Source: Zygnema circumcarinatum SAG 698-1b (Eukaryota > Plantae > Zygnematophyceae). From it: 64,000 nt of DNA. Shown here piece after piece: positions 1 to 14,500 of this stretch (its first letter is position 1; the number at the start of each line of letters is the position of its first letter). The translations under genes and the position numbers were made by a program. The notes beneath the pieces are model-generated. The model worked only from the letters and a program-made list of their open reading frames with translations. It was not told where the DNA came from and did no database searches. The DNA lies in contig CM074804.1 in assembly GCA_037447605.1 (NCBI GenBank), positions 2,852,001-2,916,000 on the forward strand, given 5' to 3'.

Positions 1-451
1 GCGGGGGGAGGCGCGGGGGCAGGTGGGTGTGGCAGCAGCAGGACATTGCGCTCTTGCAGGAGGCGCTGGTGTGCGGAGGAGTCTGGTGTTCAAGCTCAGA
101 TTTAGGGAGGGGGTCTTCTTTGAGCGATTTCATTGAAAATTTAAGTATTCAGGCTTCACAGAGCCAACAGTAGCAGAATTGAATTCAGATAAAAGGAAAA
201 GTAATGTGGAATACATCAATTATAATAACTACAAAATGTATAAACCCCATCGCCAAAGACTGTTTGATCCACGTCTATAAGCTTCTAGCAGTTTGTATCT
301 CGAAAGTTGAATGGCCGTCAATTCAATCATGAAGCCAGTCATCATGTGGCTTCATGTTCACATTCAGATAAGCCTAAAACGTAGCTTTTTGTCCTTTATC
401 GACTGGATAGACTGATAGACAAACGTTACTTGTTATTCTTATATTTTCCAG

Positions 452-2806
452 GAGATTCATGTCCGTACATTACCAAAGTATTTGAAGGCGGCGATACAAA
501 ACTGCTCCAATTCGGGGAAACCGATTGGCTCCCGGATGGCCGCATCATCCTTATTGACGGAACCAAGCCGTGCATTGTTAGTTTTTCGCCCTCCAAATGT
601 CCAGGTACAATGCATCTTTCTAACCTTCAGTTGAAAGGAAATCGCTCGATTTCGAGTCCTGTGGCCTTGCGGACATTTGGGTTCTCGTTGGTATGTTGAT
701 GCAACGAAATCATCATCTTTGACCACCCATCATGCATCATGTGTTGACTGTCATGCATTGACGTTTCTCTCATCATCATGCATGACCCATCATTACACAT
801 CAGATATCACACACATCATTCGACAAGCTTCAATGCATCAACAGTCATCCATCCATCATCAGTCCATCATCCATCGTAGATCACACATCACATATCGCAT
901 CATTCATCAGTCATCAAGCATCAAGACACCAATTTAGGATCCTTCACCAGCCACTACCTATCGTGCATCACACACCATTCAATATTAGCCGCAATCATGC
1001 ATGATCATCTTTGAATTGTTCTAAAGCGGCAATCCACGATTTCTCTATGTGATAGTAGAACCTTGTGGTTCGCGTATTAAAAAGTAGAGAACTAGTCTTT
1101 TCGCCGGCCTTGCAGAATGCACAATGGAAACTTTTGCAGGCGATTGTAACGTATCCGGATATGATGACGGCCGCGCAACATTGGCCAAATTTGGAACACT
1201 TTCTGACTTAGTCGCCGACCGACACGGCAACGTCTTCATCCTTGATAAGACGAATCATGCAATTCGCATGTACGTTGCGGCAACAGGTAGTTGTTGACAT
1301 CTTGAGGATAGTAATTGACTCATTCTTTCAGCTTTTCTATGTCTTGTAGGGGCTTCAGTCAAGTATTTGAAGGAGTAATTGATTGCATTTGTCATTATGT
1401 GCTGCAGGCAATGTAACAACTCTTGCAGGCGGAAAGTCCGAGTGTGAACCAGGTGATGACAAGTTCCATGAAGGTCTTGGTTACGTGGTCTATAACGAGG
1501 CCAACTGTTCGCTACTAGTGCTGGACAACTGGAAAAAGCAGATATGGGAAGTTAGACTGCCTGGAAACTGTAGTGATGCTGCTGCAGACGACAAAGCAGG
1601 AGACAACGATGGTTGGAATAACACCGGTGAGGATCATCCCCTTATCTTTTTAAATGTCATACTGTTCGTTCCAGAATATGTGGTCATGTTCCTCTGGTGT
1701 GTTTATGTGTGTATGCTGAGATTTGAATGGTTCTAAGGGTTTGCAGGATGGGCGAATATTGTTTTGGAGTGTGCCAAATGGGGAGGAGCGGCTCTGCTCG
1801 GCTCCCTCCTTACGTTGCTGGCAATGCGACCTGGCGGGGTCCGAAATGTATTTTTTATTCCAGTAATCATTGTGGTGAGCTACATGGACACTCTTATGCC
1901 CTAAACTTTTAAGACCTTTTTATGAGCAATACTTAAATAAATTAAGGAAAAAAAAGAAGGGGGAACATTTGGAACCAAATGCTATGTTATATAAACAAGA
2001 AGCCATTCAAATTGAATCGAATCGCCTAACAGCTTCACAAATCGTATTGGTATTGGTTTTCTTGGCTCCCTTTGTTCTCCTCTCTTCTCTTTCTTCTCTC
2101 TTGCAATCCCTAACTCTCACAATTCTCCCATGTAACCTGACATCAGCGCGATGTCGGGGTTTTGCTAACGCGCACATTATACAATGGGGCCCACACATTT
2201 CAGCACCTGATATCGTCCATTGGAGGCTCCTTCTCATCCGCATCTTCTACTATCTCTACTACTAGCACTACCACTCCCACGCCCACTCTTACTCCCGCAG
2301 ATGACGAGCACCATCCCCCCATCCCTAGAGGTGATATTGGGACAATTACGGCACAGCCCAACACACCATCATTTGGCATACTTCAAGCCTTCACCGCGCC
2401 CTTGAATAAATGGTGGAGAGAGGGAGAGAAGGAGGGAGTTGAGCAGCCTTCATTGATTGATCTTGATGCGGAGGTCCCTGAAATGCATGCTGCCCAGCTG
2501 CCACATGTGGAATTTCCAGAGGGGCAGTCATCTGTAGATGGAATTTCCGGACACTCTTGGGGAAATTTCGAGGAAGTTGGGAGCGTTTCTGGAGGGGGAG
2601 AGAAGCTGGAGATTAGAGAGGAGGAAGAGGAGGGAGCTTTGGAAGTCAATATGAGAATGGAGAGAGGGCTTGGGGGAGCCCATTTTGATCTTGTGACAGG
2701 AGCTGAATACGTTTCTAAGGCTGAGGAGGGCATAGGAGCCTCGACTCACAGATCGATTGCTTTTGTGGATGAGAAGGACTTGGAGAAGTGGGTCAGGAAG
2801 CTGTAA
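452..2806 (+). CDS. NHL-repeat (beta-propeller) protein with one TM segment and an acidic low-complexity C-tail; probably 5'-partial
   Basis: Phase-compatible GT-AG exons ~452-604, 1116-1286, 1408-1626, 1747-~1847/1863 and 2147-2806. NHL-like motifs: ETFAGDCNVSGYDDGRATLAKFGTLSDLVADRHGNVFILDKTNHAIRM and NVTTLAGGK. Hydrophobic segment WGGAALLGSLLTLLAM. Start codon not identified. Confidence 0.7.
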
Positions 2807-3852
2807 AAGCTCAGTAATGGAAGGATTTGTACCCCATCTTTTTTCAGGCAAGTTAGGCGGTTAGACGATATTTTCTCTCTCTCTTTTCTCTCGTCTCTCT
2901 TCTCTTCCGTACTCCTTTTCTCGCCTCTCTCCCCTCTCTCGTATTCTCGCATTTCTCCCCCTTCCTTTCTTCTCGGCATAGTCTGTCCCTTTTAGAAGGT
3001 ATGTTGTACACGAAAGGTCTTTTTAGGAGGGCTGCTTGGAGGGGAGTGAATTGGCGTTGGTCTCACGATGGCGACGACATCGCACGTAGATGGACAAAGG
3101 CAATATGTCGAACCACTGTGAACCGTTCGCAGTTGTCCTATGAACGAAAGACGAGCTTTGAACGGCGACGCGGGCTGGTTGGAGATGTTTGAAGGCCAAC
3201 GTGGAAAATACGGCTTTGAGGGTTATTGAATCGAACCGCTTACTTCTCAGATGGCTGCGATGAACTGCAAATAATGCGAACGGTTTGCACTGGGTTTTAG
3301 TGAAGGTATTGAAGGTTTTCGGCTTGGGGGGGGGGCAGGTGGGACGAGGGAATTCTGTAGCGAAGGCAAAATGGCTCAACTGACAGTCAAACCGCTTATC
3401 CTATTTTTCCTTGCACTTGGTTACTCAAATTTCGTAATTGCTTTCAGTTTTCTGTACCTTGGCAACGTTCCATTATGAGTTTCATTCAATTTTATTCTAT
3501 CTCGAATGCTTTACTTCGAAGCCAATTAAGCAGCGAAAAATTAAAAAAATGCAAAGAATATGTTCCAATATTAAATGTAAATTTGGCCAATAGGTAAACG
3601 TGTGATTGTTGAAATAGGTAAGATCCCAAAACCCTTAAAACCCAAAGAACTGCGTAAAAGGGAAGCAAAGACCCCCCCTGACCCCTTTAAACAGAAATTC
3701 TGAGCAGACTAGCGAGCCTATAGGAACGACCTCGCTCTGTAAAGAATCGCAGCCTTAAAACCCAAAATCCTGACTCCCTCCGCCCTCCTGCCGAATGCGA
3801 GGAGCCGAGCGCATTCACAGCTGCTCGATCCGGGCGTGAACGAAGGGCGCTT

Positions 3853-6800
3853 TTAGGGTTCTGGAAAGTGCTTGAGAAGAAACTCCCGAAGGTCCCGAAG
3901 CTCCCTCTGGCTGGCCTCATGGCTCATTCTGAAAGGAAAATAGCATACACACCATACATTCATGTGTCAGCAACAGCGTGTCTGCTCTCCCTCCCCCTTT
4001 TCCTCACTCTCTCAGCCTCTTCCCATCCCATCCCGCTTTTCCAATTCCACCCCCCTTCCTTTTAAATCTTCCTTTCCTCTTTTCTATGATCCCATTCTCT
4101 TGCTTTCCCTCGCCTCCTTTCGACCTCTTCATTTCTTCTACCTTCCACTTTCCCTTCTCCCTGCCCCCTCCCTCTCCCTCCCTTACCCACTTCTTCTTTT
4201 CATCTATCGTTCTCCTCCTCCCCCTCCAGCCGCTGTCCTACCAATCCCTACCTACCATGCACTCCATTCCTTTAGCAAAAAGAACAATCTAGCATGTCCT
4301 CTTTACCCACAGCCTTCCATCAAGCAACGGGTTGACACGATTTCCACTTGCTCTGAACCTCAAGTGCATAAAAGTTCAGCATTTGTTCTACAGAAGTTTA
4401 CTTATCTACATGAATCATACATTTTCTCTCACTTTTTGTTGCAAGACGAAAGAGAGAACCTTACCCCGGATAAGACTTGAACTCCAAGCTGGAAAATCCA
4501 AAATTCCGCAGCCTCTGTGCCGATAATTTTCCAAACATTTCGGGTACAAGCATGTCGTCTACCTCCTCATAGAATAACCAAATGCACTAAATCAGTTCAG
4601 TTAAATACTACAAGCTCTACGTTCATTCAGTTTGGGAAGAAAAAAGACTACATGGAAAATTCAGCAACTGAAAACCTTGAAAGACTGAAGCTAATGCGAT
4701 GATGTAAGGGAATCTCAAACGTTTGCAGAATCAACCTTTACTGCAGACGAGTGTCCTGCTGGAAGACATGCATAATAACGTGCCATTCATGTTCTCAGAT
4801 ACCGAAGAAGTGTCCTGTATGGCATTTTTCTGAAAGAAGGAAAAAACCCATGCAGTAGAAGGGTGCTTTTCTGCCCACCTGTCCCATGGCAGTGGAGGAC
4901 CGGAAGCCCCGCTGCTCGAGCTTCAACTTCACTGCCTGCTGGCATTGGGAGAGCTCTGCGGCAAAAAGTTATCGGGAAAAAGTGGTGAGGGAGAGGGAGA
5001 GGAAGGGGAAGAGGAAGAGAGAGAGGGACAGAGGGGAGACACGGGAAGGAGAGAGAGGGGAGTGGGGGGGATGGTGGCGAGGGGGGAGGGGAGAGCAAGG
5101 AAGATTCCGGGAGGGGCAGGGCGGGAGGGTGAGTGAGAATGTGTGGAGGGAGAGGAAGGGGCACAAAGCGTGGAAGGGAGGCAAGGAGGGAGGGAGGAGG
5201 AAGGGACAAAGAAAGTGAAGAAAAGAGAAAAAAACATGTGATTATACAGTCCCCATCCCGAGAACCCCAAATTGCAAAATTTCTTACATAACAACAGTTC
5301 CTGACATTAACCTCTTCACTTTATCAAGGAGGCTTTTCGGAGCTCCTTACTTTGCATTTGGCAGCCAGCCACTGAAACAGATCGCTGCAGAGAGGGGTGG
5401 AATCCCAGCAGTCTCCTTCCCATTGCTGAAACTCCCAACAGCTGTGCGGGAGGCGAGGTAGAGAGCGAGAGCCCCACCCTGGCTAAACCCTCCTACCGCA
5501 ACCTTCACGCCGGAGCTCTCTGCAAAAGTAAACCTATTTTTTTAAAGTTTTCAAGCCTTCACTATACGTTGTTTATGGCTTTCGAGGTTTCTTAGGACTG
5601 TAGGGGTCCTTAGGAGCCTTAAGAATTCGTTTAAGAATTACAAAGCTTTACTGCCTTTGGGGTATGACACCATCATGCACAACATAAAATGCGTGGAGCC
5701 CAAAATACAGTAAGCTTCAGCTGAGCCGTGTAAAACCAAACAAATAGAATAAAGCAAAAGTTACAAATTACATAATCGGAAATGTGTATGCATATATACA
5801 ATACCTGCATTCTCATATTCTGCCTTGAGCAGAGCCCCCACGTGTGCAGCAGCTCCATCAAGACCCTCCACATCTTCCGAGGCGTCAGGTGAAAGTCCTC
5901 GAATATCAAACCCTAAAACAAAAGGAACATCGAAAACGCTCATTACCAGAAGAACTCTTACATTCTAGACAAAATTCAGCTTGAATCGTGCAGCGCCTCA
6001 CACATTATCAACGCAACGTTGCCATTAACAGGTCAGGACTGGCCCTTCAGAACTTCTATTTTTCCTCAGCTTACAGGATGTCCCGGGATATCCGCCGTTC
6101 AGCGAAACTGGCTGAATTGGAGCCGAGGGGAGGACCCATTTTATCTGTTTCAATCATAATCAATGTAGAGAGAGAATTAGACTACTGCGTTGTTGTTGAT
6201 TAAAAGGGCTAAAGTCATACACTATCTTTCTCCCTCTTTCCCCCCTCTCCCTACATTCACCACCAGTAGAAAGCTGCTTCATCGAACACACGTACGACGA
6301 CGTAGAAACCCAGTTAAATATTACTGTACTGTACACAGAGAATCAATCTTTACTCTATGTTTGCATATTAGTTCAGGCAAAGCGATACACATCATGACTT
6401 GAGCAGAACTTTCAAAAAATGTCTGACGCAAGCAGAGAAGGCAGCATAGAAGAAGATAAAAGTGGAAACCAGCAAATCCTTTAGTAACTTCGTTTCTGCA
6501 GAAAGAAAGAGCCTCACATGAGGGAGATCCACCATCTCATCAATGTCCCCCCATCTGGCACCACCTTTTACTCCCGCAGCAGCATTATAGAAATTAATAA
6601 CAAGACAACAAATATAACTTGCCATAAAAAGGGAGAAAACGGTTTATTCTGCACTGCAGAATCGAGCTCTTGTACAATAGTTTAAAGCAACAAAGTGAGA
6701 AAGCAGTGGATGACATTTGTGCGCACCCTAAACCGGTATCCCCAAGCCCATGAAGCCACACTACTGTGACCGTGTGCTTCCCGGTGGCACGCTTATATAT

Positions 6801-7806
6801 TGTTGGCGCTGCAGGGGAAGCTGCATAAATAGAGAGAGAGGGAGAGGGGGAGAGATGGGGGGAGGGAGAGAGAGAGGGAGCGAAAGAGAGAGATAGTAGG
6901 AGAGAGAAGAAGAGAGAGGGAGAAAGAGAGAGGTAAGGAAGGACGGTGGGGGGAGAGAGGAGGAGAAGGAGAGAGAGAGGGAGCGAAAGGGAGAGATAGT
7001 GGGAGAGAGAGAAAGAAAGAGAGGGAGAGATAGAAAGAAAGAGAGAGCCGAGCACGAAACAAAGCATGATTAGTGACAAATTTGCATCACCAATGAATTG
7101 ATTCCCAGACACAGAAAGGACAATCGCCCTCGAATGTCTAGATGTTTGCAAATTCCTTTCGGAACACAATTGTAAGCGAATTTGCAGATTCCAGTTGAAC
7201 TTGTTCAAATCGTTTGCAAGATTCTTAAGAAAGCGTAGATTCAAAGGTCAAGAAGTTTTTAGTTCAAAAAGGTTTTTGCAGTCATAGACAGCGCACAAAC
7301 CTCTCCATGATCGGTCTAATGACTTACCGTCTTTTTTCTCTTTTAAACTGCAATTTCTACAAATGCACTGAAACCAGACCATGCCAAAGGCAACCTTTTG
7401 CATATCTTTTGAGTTTCTTGAACACACAGCATATGATCAACTCCTATGAAAAAAATCAAACATTATGCATTAACTCAAGAAATGTTTCCTTGTGAGAATC
7501 CCTCCAATCCATCCAATCTCTTCACAGCAACCTCCTCTGTAAAGCACCAATAAGCTCAGAGACTTTACCAAAAACTGCTGCCGTCGACATCTTACGGCTC
7601 CTGCTACTTTTAGGAGCAAAAACTTCGGGAACTTTTCTTCGAAGCCTCAACTCTAATCCTGAACCTGACGCTACACCTGCAATAGGCTTCGCTCGTAGAC
7701 CTTCCCTTGCAGATCCTTGCAGGAAACTGCAAACTTGGAAGTTTGCAACCTTGTGCAGGTGATGCAGACGCCCTACAGCTTGAGCCTGCATGCAGGGAGA
7801 CGCCAT
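3853..7806 (-). CDS. Acyl-protein thioesterase / lysophospholipase-like carboxylesterase (abhydrolase_2 family), 9 exons, with N-terminal transit-peptide-like extension
   Basis: Exons ~7806-7569, 6820-6727 (VVWLHGLGDTG), ~6554-6517, 6147-6075 (IKWVLPSAPIQPVSLNGG), 5912-5805 (FDIRGLSPDASEDVEGL), ~5519-5351 (VGGFSQGGALAL, nucleophile Ser), 4955-4879 (PVLHCHGT), 4562-4465 (VDDMLVP, Asp; EFKSYPG), 3928-3853 (MSHEA, His; TAA). The full Ser-Asp-His triad is present. Confidence 0.9.
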
Positions 7807-8872
7807 TGCCGCCTTCCCGCGCATGCCATGGCAAGAGAGACACGGCAGCTCCAGGCGCACCACTCCCTGCTCAACGTCAGACCAAAGCACACAAATCTGG
7901 AATTTGGAATTGGTTTTTCGCAAAAAACCTGGTTTTCGAAAAAACCTGGTTTTCCGCAAGAAACCCTGGTTTCCCAGCAAAGGTTCCGTTCCTTGACCTT
8001 CACATTTACCGTACGGTACTACCGTTCGCGCACAGCTTACACCGTTTAACGGCGCGTCAATCTTTGGAATTTACAGATCAAAACAAGTACTTCAAGTACT
8101 TCAAGTACTTGGGGGTATTCCAGTGGAGAATATGAAAAGTTATCATTCATGCTCGACATTGTAAAGTACGTATTTTGAAAATAAATTCCGGGCTATATGT
8201 CAAAGGTCGATACGCCATACTGTACGGAATCATTGGAGACGTCCATTTTCGCATATCGACGGCTCACGTGCGTCGATGGGCCGACAACAAAAAAGGTGTG
8301 CCATACGGTGCCTTACCAGTGGCCGCTTGTCCCGGTCGGTCGGTGCTTTGGGGCTGAACCTGGCACCAGCGGGACCAGGTACAGTGCACGGCCCTCATTG
8401 CGGTGAAAACCGAGAACCTGCACATGGGAACAGTTCGGTTTGGCCACAGTATTGGGGCTGTCTGGAAAGTGGACTCCTTGGCGCCTGTTCACACTGGGAC
8501 CCTCGGGAACATTGCTGGGACGAGGGGTCGACCATCGCCCAGGGCCGATCCGCCACGTGGACACCTGTTTATACGTGGCGACGTGTTATTGGTGGAATGC
8601 TCACGTAGTGTGCGAGGGCGACGCGGAGGGCGCCGGCTGGGCAGAGGTGTTGCTGCTGCTGCTGGAGGGGAGGGGAGAGGGGCGGGGGAGGAGGGCGAGA
8701 GAGGTAGGGGAAAGAGGAGCAGGAGCAGGCGAGGGAAGGGGAGGCGAGAGCAAGGAGAGGGAGGGGTGTGTGGAAGTGGAGGTAGGTGGAGAGAGGAAGA
8801 GCGAGAGAGAGAGCGAGAGAGAGAGAGAGAGGGGGAGAAAAGGGGGGTGAGGGACGGGAAGGACAGGCAGCC

Positions 8873-11557
8873 ATGGCTGACGCTGAGCGCGCTGCTGTGG
8901 GAAACGAATCCGTGCACCCCAAATCCGTGCACGGCGCCGCTCCGTTGGATCAGGAACGGAAACTGCTGCAAGGAATCCGGTACTCTCGGGGACGGCTGGA
9001 GCTTCTGGACCAGGTGACGCTGCTCGGCTTCAGCGCCGCGCTTTATGGAAACATCAATACCGTCTGGATTATCACCTTATTTTTTTATTAAGGTTTCCGT
9101 GCAAGCAGAAAGACCTTACCTTTGGCCTTTCTAAGATGTTAATTGTTGAGTTGGAAAAGGGGTTTAATCTGGGCATTCGATGCGATTCTGATATCCACAT
9201 GTGTGCCAGCATTGTAACGAAACGTGAATGTATGTGTGTGAGAGAATCAGGGAGGTGGCAAGAGAGCGGCAAAGGAGGGAGAAAAAGCAGGCTTGTAGAG
9301 AGAGAGAGAGATAGAGAGAGAGGGAGCGGGGGGGAGAGGGATGGAGGGATAGAAAGATATCAGTGTGAGGTAGAGAGAAAGTGGTAGAAACTCGAGAAAT
9401 CTCTTCAAAGTAATGGAGAGGATGAGTGTTCAAAGAGAAGTAGAAGAAGAAGAAGAAGAAGTTGATCGCATGTAAAGGATTGGACTTGGCATATGACGAT
9501 TGCCCTGCCCTTTTTGATTTAACCAATTACTTTGCTGACTAGCCTTTAGCTATTATTTTTTGCTCCCCCCCTTTTTTTTTCTTGCAGCGCAAACTTCCTC
9601 ACGAGAGCGTCTACATTGAAATTCCGGATGCGGAAACCGCATGGTGATCAAATCTGTTTAGTGTCTGCTCTCAAACTCTTGAAACCCTAATCCTAAACTT
9701 TCAGGCCTCATTCTGAATTTAAAACCCAAAATCGACCCTACCTTTGTTATTATATCCACTGTTATGCAATTCCTCAGCTGATCGGAAGTTCAATTTAATA
9801 TCAACTCACGTTTGGACATTATAAGTAAATTCTAAGTTTCAGCTGCAATAAATTGTGCCATGTTTGTGCACAGATTGATACTTAAATGAATTTTTCAAAA
9901 AAAAAAAGTGAATATTCAGCACATGAATAAACGAGAGTTAATAAACAAGTACTTTGAGACTGAATTAAAGACTTAATTTCATGTATAATTTACTTTGTGC
10001 TCCGCAGGCATGCCATAAAGGACATGGTGGTGCGAGGCGCTCCCGCCATCGCAATAGCGGCCGCGCTGGCACTGGCGGTGGAGGTGGTCAATAGGGAACC
10101 GTTCAGCACAACAGAAGCTGCACAGGAGCATATTCGGGAGAGGCTCGACTACTTGGTCACCAGGTATAGCAAAACTGAAATTAGAGCAGAGCGATCGAGA
10201 GAGGGATAGTGCGAGCGAGGGACCGGGAGGCAGGAAGAGAGAGAAGGGAGGTGGAGGGGGGCAGGTGGGGAGGTGGGGAGGTGGGGAGGGTGGAGGGGGG
10301 GAGCGGGGGGACGGGGGGGACGGGAAAGAGAGAGGGAGAGGGCGAGGGCGAGGATGGGTGAGGGGTGGGGAAGCCAAGGGACAAGAAGGGTAGGCGAAGG
10401 CATTGTACGTGGATGAAGAAGTACGGGAGGGAGAGTGAGAAAGGACGACAAGGGAGAGGCGGGAAGGAGGGGGTATATAAGTTGCAGTACTTCAATCTAT
10501 TTGTACCCAGTGTCCGCCCTTACTTCGTTTTCAGAATTGTAGTTGTCTCAGAACGTTCGGTCTCCTATCTTCAGCTTCATCCTCCATCCGGACCTTTGTT
10601 TCGCCCAAAAGGAGTCAAGAAGTGAGGAATAACATAAATATTTTTAGTTAATTTTCGCGTCGAGCTTTGTGATGAATCTTGCTTTCTCATGTGCAACCTT
10701 GGCCTTCCATGCCGTTAAATTTGCGCAGTCGCCCAACGGCCGTAAATCTTGCGGATGCAGCAAAGAAGCTGACGGAGGTGGTCAACAAGGCGGCGGCTGA
10801 GGAAGGGAAGCCGGACGGAGTTGTATATGTGAGGCTCTCTCCCACTCTCCCTGCCCCTCTCTCTCTCGCTCTCCCTTGCCCTCTCTCTTCCTCTCTCTCT
10901 CGCCGTATCTCCGAGGGCTGAGGGTTTAGGGTTCAATGTTTCGGGTTCAGGGTTTAGAGATCAGGGTTCATGCAAACACATGCAAATGAATCGGACTTCA
11001 ATCTTGCAATTCTGACAGTATACATGTAGAGTTTTGTTGAAAGTTGCCAAAGAAAGTGGATTTTTTTTGCTCCTATGTGGAGGAAATTTGTCCCAGAGCT
11101 TCACGCTTTTCTAGAAACCCTAAAAAGTGAAGGAACTACCACCAGTGTTGGAGAAATTGCCTATGCAAGCGGTTTTCGGAAAATGCCCAGATTTTGAAAC
11201 CTTAAAAACTTACAAACCAGTTCCAATTTCCAGTCAATGAAAAGTCAATGCCAAAAGTAGGCCGGAACTTTAGTGTATTAAAAAACCTTCTAGTAGATTG
11301 ATAGACCGGTGGAAAGATTGACAGGCTTTATTTCTTTAGACTTGTTGATAGATCAGAGAGAGTGCCAAGCACGCTACGATAATTAAACAAGTTGTTTTGT
11401 AGTTTTTAACTTCGCATTAATGGAGTTTGACAAATGAAGTTGAACTCACCAAAACTCACCAAACAATGTCAAGTCCCAAAGTCAATATCTGAGAGAGTTG
11501 AACATGCAACCCACTCAATTAACCCATACAATACAAGCTCAAACATCTCCCTCCCTT

Positions 11558-11589
<32 letters not shown>

Positions 11590-14500
11590 ACTCTCAAGCC
11601 ACAAAGATTTCTAACGACAATGTCCAGTTTGTGCTGCATTTTTTCTTGAATGTAGGCTTACGTCACCGCTGCAGAGGCCATGCTTGCTGCTGACGTGGCA
11701 TCCAATCGAGCCATTGGCGAGTACGGAGCCCGCGCCCTATTGGACGCTGCGCGGGCCGCGGGCGCGCGCCGGCTGACGGTGCTGACGCACTGCAACACGG
11801 GCAGGTGGGGGAGGGGGGCTATTGCGGCACTCAGCTTCAGTTTTCCTTGCAATTGCTTCAAAAATTCCTCCCTCTTTTTTCCATTTTTTTTGGCTAATTC
11901 TAAGGTCTGAGTAAGGAGTACGCATTCAAATCAGCTCAGAGAACTTTGCGTGATTATACTTAGAAATTTTATAAAGCTGGGAAGCAGCAGGACTATTTCT
12001 ATGCTACTGTGACATTATTTTTTCTTTTCTGAATCAGTTTGGCAACGGCTGCGTACGGAACGGCGCTGGGGGTCATACGAACACTGTTCTTTAACGGAGA
12101 CCTGGAAGCAGCTGTGTGCACGGAAACGCGTCCCTACAATCAGGTACTTCTTTCGTGAAGGAGGGAAAGCGAGAGAGAGGGGTGGGTAGAGAGAGAGGAG
12201 GAGATGCAGATTGAGAGGGAGGGGACGAGTGGAAAGACGAGGGTTGGAAGAGTGAGGGAGAGAGGGAGGGGAGAGGGATGATAATCGGTTTATACTAGGG
12301 ACGGAACAGAAAACAGTTATTCAACACATGAGCCTCCGATACTCTTATGAAGGCAGGCCTTCCGAGCCACCCTCTAGCAGCAAAAAAACCGCTATTGGTG
12401 TGCTGTCACTTCTGCTTTCTTCTCGTCTCAACTCTTCATCTGAGCTTTTCCACTATTCCCAAGGGACATGACCGAGAAGGCTGCCTATGCGAATCACAAA
12501 CACGTTCACACATACATAGTTATGTACTTACATACATACATACACATACATACATACGTTGGTGCATACACATACACATATACCTATGCATAGATGAATA
12601 CATATGTACATTTATGCATGTACGTCTGCACACATGCACACAGATTCATGCAGTGAGGGCATATGAATGTGTGCATATGTGCATGGTGCAGGGGTCCCGG
12701 CTGACGGCCTATGAGCTGGTGCACGACGGCATCCCCGCCACGCTCATCGCCGACTCCGCCGCCGCCTCGCTCGCAGCGAGGGGGGGAGTGCACGCAGTGG
12801 TGGTGGGAGCGGACAGAATCGCTGCCAACGGTCAGCTGCCCTCCTAGTCTGAGCGATCCACACGCATTACAGAGAGCGAGAGCGAACGAGGGAGGGAGAG
12901 GGAGAGAGGAAATGAGGGAGAGAGAGAGAGAGAGAGAGAAAGAGAGTGTGTGAGAGAGAGAGAGAGAGCGAGAGTTTCATTTGGAATCCTGAAACCCTAA
13001 AGAGCTGTGGTACAGGGGACACTGCGAACAAGATCGGTACCTACGCCTTGGCGCTGTCGGCCCACCACCACGGCGTGCCGTTCTTTGTGGCCGCTCCGCT
13101 GACCTCCGTTGACACGGAGATCGGAACTGGCAGCGCCATAGAGATCGAGGAGCGCGACCACCGCGAGCTGACCCACGCCTTGGGCGGCCACGGCCCGCGC
13201 GTGGCGCCGCACGGGATAGGAGTGTGGAACCCCTCCTTTGACGTCACGCCCGGCAGGCTCATCACGGGGATCATCACGGATAAGGTGAGAGAGGGAGGGG
13301 GAGGGGCAGGGGGAGGGAGGGCGGGGGACAAGGGAGGGGGAGGGAGAGAGTGGGGAGAGTGGGGGGAATGTTGGGAGGGCGGGGGAAAACGGGGGGAGGA
13401 GGGGCGTGGGGGCCGAGGTGGGGGGGGGGGAAGGGAGGAGGGACGGGGGAAGGGAGGAGGCAAGATAGGAGGGGGAGGGGAGAGAGGCGAGAGGGGTAGA
13501 GGAGGTGGAATGGAGGAAACGAAGGTAGGGGAGGAATTGAATGAGAACGGAGGGTTGAAAGGGGAAGACTATGGGAGGGTGGCAGAAGGAATTGAGGGAG
13601 AGGAAAAGAGAAGGATGGGCAAGAGGAGTTTCGCAAAGCGATACATTTATGCCTCTCTCTTCCCCCTTTTTTTTGGCAGGGCGTAATTACAAAAGCATCA
13701 GGAAAAAGCGAATTCGACATTCCTGCGTTCCTTGAACATTTGGAAAATCAGAACAAACTCAAAGGAATAGAGGAGGAAACTACCAATTCATTGCCGGTTT
13801 TAAACAAGGAGATCGCCGACAGCGGGGGGGAGGAGAAGATTGAGAGGGAGAGGAAGGCCCAGAAGGAGGAGTTGGTAAAGAGAGGATTTAAACCTTTATC
13901 TGTGGATGGGGTAGCTGCTTATTTAAGTCAACTTCCAGAGCTTGCGGAGAAATTGGGAGGAACAAGTAATGAATGGAGTGTTCGTGAAGTGGGAGACGGG
14001 AATTTAAATTTTGTTTACATCGTGGAAGGAACCAAGGGTTCGCTCGTATTGAAGCAGGTGAGGCAAACAACCATTCGAGCTAAGTTTTGCTTTGTGTTTT
14101 TCGTCTTAAAATTAGCTCTTAATTCTTTGTTTTGAAGAGTATGGAGGAGAGTTTCTAAGGTGCGAGGTTTTGGGGATCTTGGAGTTTTCTGGGTTTTGTA
14201 GGTTTACTTTGTGGCAGTCTTGTTAATGCTTTTATTTCAAGTCACTCCTAGTGGTTTTGCGTCCTTGAAAATGTTCAAGTGCTGACATACCCCCTTGGTC
14301 TCTCTCTTGTTCCCTCTCTCTCTCCCATCTTCATTCACACCCTTCTCTTCTGTTGCTGAACATCTCCCTTCCCCACCTCTTTCTCTCCCTTGTCTCTTCC
14401 TCCTTCAACCTCCCTCGTCCCTCTTCCTTCCTATTCTCTCGCTCTCCTCTTCATTGCTGCCTCCCTGTGCTCCCCCTACCCCTCCCCCTTCCCCTCCCCG

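Noticed and set aside
700-1010. His/Ile-rich ORF 677-937
   Set aside because: It is a degenerate (CAT)n tract inside an intron of the NHL gene.
13740-14135. Separate MTK gene starting at 13740
   Set aside because: The 'M' is a TTG codon inside an exon that is continuous with the isomerase frame, and there is no in-frame ATG before the kinase Gly loop.
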